From positions 310,001-374,000 of the forward strand of contig JANHCV010000004.1 of the NCBI GenBank assembly GCA_025594325.1: a stretch of DNA of 64,000 nucleotides. The letters run 5' to 3'. Of this stretch, positions 53,325 to 64,000 are shown one piece after another. The position numbers and the translations under genes are program-made. The notes below the pieces were generated by a model that saw only the letters and a program-made list of their open reading frames with translations, had not been told where the DNA came from and ran no database searches. This DNA is from Blastocladiella emersonii ATCC 22665. Taxonomy: Eukaryota > Fungi > Blastocladiomycota. Numbering within the stretch: the stretch's first letter is position 1; each line of letters starts with the position of its first letter.

Positions 53325-54173
53325 TTACAATGGCCGCTTGGCGCCGCTCGGCGGCATATCGGCCGGCGGCACGTCGTACCCGGGCGGCGCCTCGTTGATC
53401 TCGGGCACGGGCGGGGCCGACGCCGGTGCCGTCGCCGGCGCAGCACTGGGCCGCGGGCGACCCGAGCTCGACCCCTCGGCCGCGCCGGGGTACATGGGCA
53501 GCGGCTCGTCGCGGACCACGACCATGGGCGGCGCCAGCGCCACGTCGGGCAGCTCGCGCTGCATGATGGTCGCCAGCTGCGAGTACATTTCGAACGCCGC
53601 GCCCTTGTCGAAGAAGAACTTGGCCGTGCCCGTCAGCGTCAGGCCACCGCCAGGGACCTACACACAACGAGCGGGTCAGCGGATGTGCGGTGCGAGCGAG
53701 CGGCGGTGCGCGACCGTACCGGCGTCACCTCCATCTCGACGTTGTTGGCGCCGAACCACGGCTGGTTGAGCTTGGGCCGCTGGATGTTGCGCAGCGGGAC
53801 GCTGAGCGAGTGGAACGAGTTGTTGGTCCCCGCCGCGTCGCCGCCCGCAGGCGTGCTGCTGCTACTGCTCGCGCCGTTGCGCGCGGCCGCCGACTCGAGG
53901 AACGACGACGCAAAGTAGACGATGCGGTGCGACGTCAGGAGGAGGTGCCCGCGCTTGATGAAGTAGCTCGCGCTACACATCATGCGGGAGCGGTCGGTCA
54001 GCGCTCGCGCGCTCATCCCATCAAGGATGCGACGTGACGTACCCTGAGCCCGGGTACCCGTTGCCCGACTCGTACTCGAGGCGCACGTCCTCGAACGTCG
54101 TGAACACCTTCTCGTTGGGCAGCGGCAGCAGCCGGCCCGTCTCGGGCGTCAGGACCGCCCAGTTCAGCGCCAT
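53325..54173 (-). CDS. WBP2-like PH-GRAM protein with PPxY motifs, 3 exons
   Basis: MALNWAVL..LLPLPNEKV, GHLLLTSHRIVY, SLSVPLRNI..QPWFGAN, VPGGGL..KFFFDKGAAFE; C-terminal LPMY and PPGY motifs. Confidence 0.85.
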
Positions 54174-55121
54174 GGTGGTTGATTGCGTGGGGTTGATGCG
54201 TGCGAGTTGCAGAGGGTTACGTTGCGAGATGCATCAAGCGTCGATGGGGAGCGAGCGTGCGGCGACCGCGGCGACTGAGAGAAGGTCGGGCACCGCGCAC
54301 CGCGTGGCGCAAGCTTCCAGAACGTCACATGTTTTCGGAACGCGTCTCGCACCCCATGTCTCGCATCTCGTAGCTTGGCTGCAGTCGTTTCTCGCAGTAC
54401 AGTCTGCTTTCGAGGCCCACGGCTCAATTCCCAGCAGATCCTGCTTACGTAGGAACACAAAGCCAGCACAAGTCCAAGGTGACCTTACAAGGCAGCCGCC
54501 GCCGTCCAGCTGCGAGCCTCTTTGAGGTTGGGACAACGCCGCTTCGCGGTCGATTACCAACAACATGTCGCGTTGGGAGGCGACTACTCTGCGTTCGTCC
54601 TTCCAAACCCGCTTATGCTAAACCCTCACCACAACGTCTCGATCCATGTCACTGAAGCGGGACGGTGAGCGTTGCACTAAACTGTATTTCAACTCAACGT
54701 CTTTGCAACTTCTACGGCCCTTGAATGACCAACGGGGCCTCAAGCAACGTTCACGTCCACGGCGACCTTTTTGTCGGGAGGAGTCGCGATGATCATGTCC
54801 GCGAACAGCCGTTCAAACTGTTTCAACCCGAGCATCCGGAACAGTTTCAGGGACACAGGCTCGACAGAGTCACGCGTGGACAGTTGAATCAGGGGTTCTT
54901 GGTTGAATAGCCGATTCGGACTCACAACTCGCCGTCCCTGCCCACATGGCAGATCGGCGGACAGCTTCTCCCCTGGTAGTCCTCCGCTGTGCTCACCGGC
55001 GCTCCGTAGCGTACTGCTCGCTCGACGATACTGCGCGCTCGCCTCGACGCTCCTCCGACGCGCACGCTCCTCCGCAACTGGCTCAGCATCACCTCGCGGA
55101 TCAGCACCCGTGCTCAACGTC

Positions 55122-58100
55122 ATGAAGTCCGCGGCCAAGCCCGCGTCGCCGCAAGCAGCCGCTCGGCTCAGCAACGGCAACCCCGGCGGCTCCCAGCAGC
55201 CCAACGCTGCCAAGAAGAAGAAGGCCGCCGCTAGTCCTGGTACCGCGAGCAACGACGCCAAGTCCAAGGTTAAGAGTACGTCTCAGCAGCCTAGCCTTAA
55301 GGCAACGAAGCGGGATACTGACAAACGACTGTGTCCACGAACAGTCTGCCCGATGTACAGCCGCACTGGCTGGTGCAAGTTCGGCAAGGGGTGCAAGTTC
55401 TCGCACGACGTGGTCGTGTCCAAGGCGAGTTCTTCGGCCAAGGCGGCGAAGCGTACGTTTCGAGCTCGCCATGCAGTCCCTGCGAAGACAGCATGCTCAT
55501 TTTCCGATCGTGCGTGCTTCGTAGGGGTGCCATCGAACGGCAAGGCCAAGGCCAAGGAGTCGGCCAGCTCGCTCAAGAACATGAACGACCTCGCCAAGGC
55601 GGTGCGCAGCGTCATGGACTCGCCGACCGCGGCCGACGAGCCTCACAAGCTCTACGTCGTGCCCCGCCCCGTCGCCGCCACCTCGCTCGTCGCCGACCCT
55701 GCCATCCGGCGCCCGGCAACGAGCACCAGCATCGACATGCCCTCGGCCGCCAAGGTCCTGGCCGAAATCCTGCGCCAGCTCGAGTCCAACCCGCCCGCCT
55801 TCCTCCTCGCCCTCAAGGAGAAGTGCCCCGCGCTGACCGCCCTCCGCGATCTCGCGCAGTACGCCAAGTACTCAGCCACGCTCGGCAACCCGTCGTTCCA
55901 GACGGTTCTCCTCCCTCTCCTCTACATCCTGTCGCACCCGTCGCTCGAGACCTCGACACTGGACGGCAAGGTCGCGCTCGTCCGCGACGCCGTGGCCGAC
56001 TCGACGTCCAACCTCATCCGCCAGTTCCTCGACTGCACGCGCGCGGCGCTCGTGACGCGGTCGCTCGTCGATCCCCTCGCGCTGGCCAAGGTCAAGTCTG
56101 GCCCGAAGAAGGTCCAGCCCACGTTCCAGCCGCTCTCGTTCGCGCAGGCGCTCGCGCCCATGCTCAAGTACCTCGCGCAGCTCGCTGCACGCGACTCGAC
56201 GCAGGCCGGGCTCGACCGCGTCCGCCACGCGCTCGTGGAGATCGAGATGCTCGTCAACGTGTGGCAGCCGCTCGTTGGCGTCAAGGGCGACGACGCGTTT
56301 GCCGCCGTCGAGACCCCGCGCGCCGTCCAGCTTGTCCGCGAGCTGCTCGCCAAGGCCAAGCGCCCGCTCTGCGACGCCGTGCCGCTCGCCACGCAGGTCA
56401 AGGCCCAGCTTAACTTCAACAAGAAGCAGGCGGCGGCGTTCGCCGCGGCTGCTGCGTCCGCCCCGCCCGTCGCCGGTGCTCGCCCGAACGACCACGCCGA
56501 CCACCGCCTCATCTCGATCGTCCCGACCATGGCCGAGATCCAGTCCGACGTGCCGCCGACTCTGCCGGGCAACTTCCAGTTCGACACGACCAAGCACTGG
56601 CTCGCGCCTGGCCCGCAGCGCCTGCTCGATACGCCGTTCCGCCTGTACCGCAACGACATGATGTCCATCATCGGCGGCAGCGTGCGGCTGTTCGTCGATT
56701 TCCTCAACCGCGGCGGGTCCGTGCAGCGCAGCGGCCGTTTCGAGCGCAAGGACGGGCCGCTGTCGGCGGACCTCATGGTCTACACCAAGATCGAGCTCGG
56801 CAGCTTCGCCGTCGACAAGCACGCCGGCATCCTGCTCAACGTCGGGTTCGAGCGGCCCAAGTCGATCCCCTTCAACGACTTCAAGAACGGGTGCCTGCAG
56901 TGGGGCAACCTCGTGTGCGTCTTCTACCCCGAGTCGCCGACGGGCTCGTACACGGCCGAGTTCATGCTGATCGCGGACCGCGACAAGGTGCACAAGAACA
57001 CGGTCGGGCTCTCGTTCCTCAACTACGACGGCGCGACGCCGCGCCACCCGCTGCTCCGCTCGGGCCGGTCGCACGCGTACCCAACCCGCGCCGCGCGACC
57101 CATCTACCTCGCCGAGTTCCGCGGGTTCCTGTTCGAGGCGTACCGCCCCGTCCTTAAGGCGCTGCAGGACGCGTCGCCGTGGACCATCCCGCTCGCCAAC
57201 GTGGTCTGCCCGCCCGCCCCGCCCATGGCGAGCGACAAGGCGACCCAGGTCCCGCGCTACGCGCGCGGCAACGGGTTCGCGTTCGACCTCTCGTTCCTCA
57301 CCATCAACCCGGGCTCGGCCTCGATCAAGTTCACGCCCACGTCTTCGGCCTCGCTCAAAAACACCATGGCGCTGCTCGCCAAGCACTCGGAGCTCGACCC
57401 GTCGCAGGCCTCGGCGCTTCTCCAGGCGCTGTCAACGGACGTGTCCTGCATCCAAGGCGCGCCCGGGTGCGGAAAGAGTCGCGTCGGCGTCTCTATTGCG
57501 CGCGCCATCATCAAGGCCGTCGAGAGCGGCCAGACCGACAAGGGCTTCTCGATCCTCATCATGTGCCACACCAACCACGCGCTCGACCAGTTCCTGCTCG
57601 GGCTCGTCAAGGCCGGGTTCAAGAACCTGGTCCGCATCGGCGGCCGCTGCGGCGAGGAGCTCGAAGCGTTCCGCCCCAACGTGCGCAAGGGCGGTGTCGG
57701 CCTCGGCGGCCAGTTCAAGGCCGTGTATACGGCGCTCGAGAAGAACGCGGCAAGTGTCGCTGCGGCCCTCGAGCGGTCGCGCCGCGACGACATGAGCATG
57801 CTCCGCGCCGCCCTGCAGTCGCTCCTGCCGCAGCTGTGGACCTCGATCCGCAGCCGCCAGTACCGCGGCGGCGACTCGCTCTCCGTGTGGCTCCACGGCC
57901 GCGATCTCGGCCCGCACGGCATGCAGCACGTCGTCCCGTTCTCCCAGCGCGCGTCGCACCTGCGCCAGGCCCCGAAGTTCGACGCCAGCGACCTCAACGA
58001 CCAGCTCATCGAGTTCGCCGGGCGTGCTGTTCGCTCGGCGGCCCAGCAGGGTGAGGGCAACGGCGCCACCACGGCGAGCCCCGCGGCGGCAGCCGCGACC

Positions 58101-61100
58101 ACGACCACGACCACGACGGGTTCCTCGACCGCGGCGCGCGACCTCGACGTGCTGCTCCGGTGCACCGACGCGTGGTCCGTGACCAAGCGCGAGCGCGGCA
58201 TCATCGCGGATCACCTCCTGTTCGACGCTGAGTTTGACGCTCCGCGCGACTCGAACCTGGAATCGCAGCTCGCCAACTGCGTCGCCAACTTCGCGGAGCT
58301 CAAGCAGCTCCGGCAGCAGCGCGAGGTCAACGCGATCCGCGGGTACACGGTGATCGGCATGACGACGACGGGCGCTGCGGCGCGGCAGCACCTGCTGCGC
58401 GGTCTCTCGCCGGCCGTCATCATCTGCGAGGAGGCGGGCGAGATCCTCGAGGCGCACACGCTCGCCGCCATGCACCCGAACCTGCAGCACCTGATCCTGA
58501 TCGGCGACCACAAGCAGCTGCGGCCCAAGATCAACAACTACGAACTGTCGGTGCAGAGCCACGTCGGCCGCGAGTACCGCCTCGACATCTCCATGTTCGA
58601 GCGGCTGATCGTCCCCGAGCGCGACGATCTGGTCCCTACACTCGGCCACGCGCAGCTGCGGCACCAGCGCCGCATGAAGCCGCTCATCTCGCAGTTCATC
58701 CGCCGCGGCGGCATCTACCCGGAGCTCATGGACGGCGCCAACACGCTCGGCCGCCCGCCGGTCCGCGGCATGACCAAGGACGTGTACCTCATGACGCACG
58801 ACCAGCCGCAGCTCGCCGCCTCGAGCGGGCTCTCGTCGGGCTCACACTCGAACCAGTTTGAGGCCGAGATGACGGTCGCGCTCGTCGACCACCTCCTGCG
58901 CCAGGGGTACACCGAGAACCAAATCGTCGTCATCACCCCGTACATTGGCCAGCTCTCGCTCATCAACAAGACCATGGACAAGTGGCGCCTCAAGGCCGTG
59001 GTCGACGAGCGCGACGCGCAGCAGCTCGTCGGGCGCCGTACGAGCGACGAGGGCGACGAGGGCGACGAGAACGACGGCGACGCGGCCGCGCGCGCGGCGC
59101 CGTCCAAGTTCGCCAAGGCGACGATCCGCGTCGCGACCGTCGACGCGTACCAGGGCGAGGAGGCCGACATCATCGTCATCTCGCTGGTCCGCTCGTCCCT
59201 CGCCAACGGGTCGGACCGCGGCATCGGGTTCCTGAGCGTCGCCAACCGCGTCAACGTCATGCTGTCGCGCGCCAAGCTCGGCATGTACCTGGTCGGCAAC
59301 GCGGCGCTGCTCGAGGCCAAGTCGGACCTGTGGGCGACGCTCTTCGGCGTCATGCGCGAGCAGGACCTGATCGGCCCCGCCTTCGAGATCGGCTGCCAGA
59401 ACCACCCCGAGACGCGCCACCTGATTGACGACCCAGCGGGCTTCCGCCAGCACGCGCCCGAGGGCGGGTGCACCATCCCGTGCGAGGCCACGCTCAAGTG
59501 CGGCCACAACTGCCGCCGGCTTTGCCACGGCGACGACCGCGACCACGCGGCGGCCGTCTGCCGGGTCCCGGTCGCCCGCGTCGCGCTCCCGGGCTGCGGC
59601 CACGCGTACGCGCCCGTGTGCTTCGAGCTCGCCCAGCTCGACTCGATCGAGTGTGCCACCATCGTCGAGCACACGCGCAGCTGCGGGCACTCGATCTTGC
59701 TCCCGTGCCACCGGGTCGCCAGCGGCAACGTGCCCAAGTGCACCGTCCGCGTTGATCGGACGCGCCAGTGCGGCCACGCGGTCACGGTGCTGTATTTCAA
59801 GGACGCGGACGAGGACTCGTGCCGCGTCAAGATGGACGCCGTCGCGCACCCTCGCTGCGGCCACACGATTGAGCCCAAATGCTTCCAGCTCGCCGACCTC
59901 GCCGGCGTGGCCTGCACCGTCGCCGTCAAGAAGGAGCGGTCGTGCGGCCACTCGCTCTCGGCCGCGTGCCACCAGGACGCCGACCAGATCCCGTGCACTT
60001 GGACGTGCTCGGCCATGCTCGCGTGCTCGCACGCGTGCAGTTTGGGCTCGTCCAAGGCGTCCGAGACCGACTGCGACCGCCACCGCCGCGACGCGCCCTC
60101 GGCGAGCTCCACGGCCAGCCCGACCGCTTCCTCGTCGTGCCCGCCCTGTACCAAGCCCGCCATGCCGTCGTGCGACCATGCACGGCCGTCGGGCAAGTGC
60201 GGCGAGCCGTCCGCGCCCTGTATGGCCCGCTGCTTGTGGACCGCGTGCTCCCACGGCGCGAGCGCGTGTGATATGCCCTGCGGCGCGCCCTGCACTCGTC
60301 TCCCGTGCGATTCGCGGTGCGAGAAGCTCCTCAGCTGCGGCCATCGGTGCCCGTCGATCTGCGGCGAAAAGTGCCCCGACTCGGCCTTCTGCCGCGAGTG
60401 CGCCTCGGCCAAGATCCGCGCGCAGCCCGTCGATCCCGCCGGCGGCGACGTGCAGTACGACGCGCTCGATCTCGACGCTCGCCCCATCGTCGTGCTCAAG
60501 TGCCGCCACGTCGTGCCCGTGGACCTTCTTGACGCTCACGTCGGCCTCGCCAAGTACTACGCGCGCGGCGGCGCTAAGTGGTCGAGTATTCGCCCGGTAC
60601 GGCCGCATTTTCAAGGCCACGCGCATCGAGCAGTACGACGAGGTGCAGCTCAATAAGCTCGCCGCGCTGTTCGACTCGATCGGCGACCCGCAGTTGGCCG
60701 GCAACCCCAAGGCCAAGCCCGCCTCATCGCTGGCGCTCAAGCTGGACGAGCTCACCAAACTGGACTCGGCCATCGCGGGTTTCGAGCAGCTGCCGGCGCG
60801 CCGTCTCCACCTCGAGGCCGTGCGCGACTTCGCTGTTCGCAACAAGCGCAACGAGCCCGCTGACTTGTGGTTCTCGTGCGAGTATGAGATGCAGTACGCC
60901 ACGGCCATCCTCAAGCGCGGGACCATCTGCGCCAGCTTGTTTGCGCTCGCCGGCGTTGAGGATCCCGTCAGCGCCGAGTTTTACTTTGACGACGCGTGCG
61001 ACGCGTTCGTGCGCGCTGGCAAGCGCGCATCGACGTTCCTAATGAAGTCGGTCGTGCACGATTCCACCGCGGCGTGGATCGAGCTGTTCGTCGACTACAT

Positions 61101-61308
61101 CGGGTTCCACAACCGCATGCTCAAGGGCGGCAAGGGCGCCGCCTCGAGCGCGCAGCTGTCGCGTCGCGAGCTCAGCAGCATGCTCGTCTCAGCCTCGGAG
61201 CATCTCGCCGGCTTCTCATGCGAAAAGGAGCTGCAAACCCAACATCTCGAATCTACTCAACGCATCCATGCGCGTATCGTACAGCTCAGGCGCGAGGTCG
61301 GTTTGTAG
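55122..61308 (+). CDS. ZNFX1: ZNFX1/Hrr1-like SF1 (UPF1-type) RNA helicase with NF-X1 zinc fingers and an N-terminal CCCH finger
   Basis: CPMYSRTGWCKFGKGCKFSH, LLDTPFRLYRND, IQGAPGCGKS, ICEEAGEILE, LIGDHKQLRP, ISMFERL, ITPYIGQL, TVDAYQGEE, NRVNVMLSRAK and C-x-x-x-LxCGHxC repeats. Introns at 55276-55344 and 55453-55524; frame switch near 60595-60635. Confidence 0.92.
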
Positions 61309-63137
61309 CCGACCCGCCTGACTTCATCCTGCTGAACCTTCCTCGCTCAATTGTTTCCTTCACATTCCCCCGCCGTTAACAGTAGCTGTTTGTTGATCAA
61401 AACGCTATCTCCCGCCATGGAGTTTCGTGCAAGAGTCCGTCCCGCGATGAGCACTCGTTTGCCGAGTTCGCTCGAGCGAGGCGCAGGGCCGCAACGTAGC
61501 CAAGTTCTTGAGCAGGATTCACGCCTTCTGCGGTAAGCGTTACGGCCGAAACGTCGCGCGCGAGCGTCTCGTGCAAGACGAAACGCGAGCTCGTTAAGCC
61601 ACGAACGGGAGAAGGTCAAGGACTGGGTCAGGCAGCAGGACGAACCGCCGGAGCGTTGCGAGAAGCACAAGTGTCTGCGCAGCAAGTTAAGGATGGACCG
61701 CGGCTCGGGCGCGATAGCGAAGTCGACGTGGAACTCGGCTAAGGCGACTGAGAACCTGATCCGCGCTTCAAGGAGTTGCTGGAGCGTTCGAGCCGCTCAA
61801 CAAGGACGTCAAGGGCGGGCAGGCGAGAGCTTCTCGACGCGCTTAATGCACCTGTCGATGGACGGACATGGCGCTAAAAGCGGCCCGAGGCCACGCGCAC
61901 CGTGTACGGCGTGCAATCACGACAGACTTGCCGAGCGACGGGTTCGATATCGCCTGCGAGCCCGCAAACGTTGCCGTGACCGAAGATCAAGGCGTGACCG
62001 CAGCCGCCCGGCCCGTTCAGCGGCGGAAGGGCAAGACCTGGACGGTGGGATCTCACTCGGTGCGAGCCGACCGCCGCACCGAAGACGCGAAGCGTGAGAC
62101 TCGACAAGGCGGGCCGAGTGCGGAGGCCTCGTCGGAGGTGCAGCAAGATGGCGGACTCGAAAGACCGCGCGGGCATACAGCAAGAAGGCGCCGCACCCAT
62201 TCGGACGGCGGAGCTCTCTCAGAGATACATGAGCGGTTGCCGAGACGGTTGCATCAGCTTAGCATGGGTGCGTTCTGTCTCTCATGGCTCGGCGTCGTCG
62301 TCGACAGAGGGAGAGGAGCGCCACCGCGGCGGCGACAGACTGACCGGCCGCCCGACCGACCTCAACCACCACCACTCACACGCCCGCTTCGACGAGAACG
62401 GCCCCATCAACCTTGTAGCCCTCGGTCGTCCTTGACGAGAGTCGCCGTCGCATCACCAAGGCTGCGATTAGCTGGCGGCGGACCGGTGAACGCGACTCTG
62501 CGAGGTCGACGACGACGGGCTCCTCGCCGGGTCCCTGCACGACGAGCGAGCCACCTCCAGGACGGCGCATGCAGGACGTGACGCGATTCCCAAGCGGACT
62601 TGCGCGCGCGCGCGCGCGGGACGGCGGCCGCGGTGAGGGGGGGGGGGGCATCCCACGCGACCAGCCGACGCCGAGCCCCGCGAACTCGCGCGCGCACATC
62701 AGTTGTTCGCCAGGGTCATGCGGACAGGTCACAGCGGTGCGAGAGCCTTCCGCTGCTTCCGTGATCGGAAAGGGAAGGTTGTTCTCGGCGGCCCCGCGGT
62801 GCGTGCGCGCGCTCAGGCGACCGTCCGCGCGCACGCGAATCCGCGCGGCCCCGGAGGCCGTGACCTCTCCACATCACCTCTTCTGCTGATCCGATGGCGT
62901 GCGCGTGTGGAGGACTCGGTCAGCCGGCATCCGCGCGCCTCGTCATGCGGCAGGGGTCAGCGACGGCGACGGCAGGGTCGCAAGGGATCGCGCGACTCTT
63001 TGCTCGCCGACCTCGACCTCCGACCCCTGCACGACACGGCGGAACCGATAAGTACCGGCCGGTCCCCCGCTCTCTCTCTCAAGAGTTACAGCAGCAGCAC
63101 ACGCAACCGCTAGAACGCTAAAAGTCCATCGACCAAC

Positions 63138-64000
63138 ATGCAGATCAAGGCCCTCATTGCCGCGCTCGCGCTCGTCCTCGCGACGGCGTCCTCGACCGAG
63201 GCGGCGCCCAACAACGGCGTGCGCGCGCCCGTGTCGCTCAAGGACCGCTACATTGTGACGCTCAAGGGCGACGCCGACTTCAAGACCTTCTCGCGCGCCC
63301 TCAAGGCCGAGGTGGCTGCCGAGAACGCGCGCGAGGCGTCGGGCAACGGCAGCGGCGTCGTGTCCAAGATCGACCACGAGTTCCAGATCTCGGGCGACTT
63401 CAAGGGCTACGCCGGCACCTTTGCGCCGGGGCTCATCAAGCGCCTGCAGGCCAGCGGCAAGGTCGCGGCCGTCGAGGCCGATGCGACCGTGTACGCGACG
63501 GCGACGCAGACGCCCGCGGGCTCGTGGGGCCTGACGCGCGTCGGCCAGCGCGACCTCAACCTCGCGGCGGGCTACACGTACCCGGACTCGGCCGGCGCGG
63601 GCGTGACCGCCTACGTCATCGACACGGGCGTGCTGGTGTCGCACCCGGAGCTCGAGGGCCGCGCCACGTTCGGGTTCAAGGCCGACGCGTCGTGGTCCGA
63701 CGGCGACGGCAACGGGCACGGCACGCACGTCGCGGGCACCATCGCGTCCAAGAAGTACGGCGTCGCCAAGGCCGCGTCGGTTGTGGCGGTCAAGGTCCTG
63801 GGCGATGACGGCAGCGGCACCAACTCGGGCGTGATCGCGGGCATCAACTGGGTCGCGGCGCAGGCCAAGGCCGCGGGCAAGACGGCGGTGGCCAACATGT
63901 CGCTCGGTGGCGGAAAATCGGCGGCCGTGAACGCGGCCATCAAGTCGCTCGTCAACTCGGGCGTGGTGGCCGTCGTGGCCGCGGGCAACGAGTCGCAGGA
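63138..64000 (+). CDS. Secreted subtilisin-like serine protease (S8A, proteinase K type) with I9 propeptide, truncated by the window end
   Basis: Signal peptide MQIKALIAALALVLATASSTEA, RYIVTLK propeptide, WGLTRV, YVIDTG (Asp), DGNGHGTHVAGT (His), NMSLGG, VVAAGNE. Confidence 0.96.
   Translation, partial: MQIKALIAALALVLATASSTEAAPNNGVRAPVSLKDRYIVTLKGDADFKTFSRALKAEVAAENAREASGNGSGVVSKIDHEFQISGDFKGYAGTFAPGLIKRLQASGKVAAVEADATVYATATQTPAGSWGLTRVGQRDLNLAAGYTYPDSAGAGVTAYVIDTGVLVSHPELEGRATFGFKADASWSDGDGNGHGTHVAGTIASKKYGVAKAASVVAVKVLGDDGSGTNSGVIAGINWVAAQAKAAGKTAVANMSLGGGKSAAVNAAIKSLVNSGVVAVVAAGNESQ

Noticed and set aside
61400-62600. Gene between ZNFX1 and the subtilisin
   Set aside because: Fragmentary frames with stops and no consistent splice model or domain.

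Overview
Eukaryotic DNA, most consistent with a zoosporic fungus of the Blastocladiomycota (Allomyces/Blastocladiella-like). This is inferred from very GC-rich exons, short GTACGY/GTGCGY..CTRAC..YAG introns, an LDWW-x-SGL ankyrin-like plus LRR gene family and a putative centriolar gene. The window has two compartments. Positions 1 to ~26,200 are a repeat and transposon graveyard. It holds a decayed PIF1/Helitron-type helicase, G-rich and other minisatellites, four intact tRNA genes (Arg-CCG, iMet, His-GTG, Gly-TCC), several inverted and dispersed repeats, and a ~11 kb block bounded by TGGATCCA-rich arrays. That block contains a Plavaka/CACTA-like transposase remnant, a 5'-truncated RNase H-bearing LINE, a ~305 bp tandem array and a spliced orphan gene. 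Positions ~26,300 to 64,000 are gene-dense: Raptor/KOG1, glyoxalase II, a LINE-ORF1-like RRM/CCHC protein, a TALPID3-like protein head-to-head with a SUN protein, GatC-like, Munc13/MUN-domain, an LRR pseudogene between direct repeats, FTR1, a NYN/PIN nuclease, VMA9, SCP2, WBP2-like, a ZNFX1 helicase and a secreted subtilisin. The strongest candidates for new biology are the putative large palindrome-bounded cargo transposon, an apparently domesticated LINE ORF1 gene, the LRR gene bracketed by a duplicated host 3' end, and a ZNFX1 frameshift possibly rescued by a 37-nt intron. All family calls come from motif recognition by eye; no database search was run.
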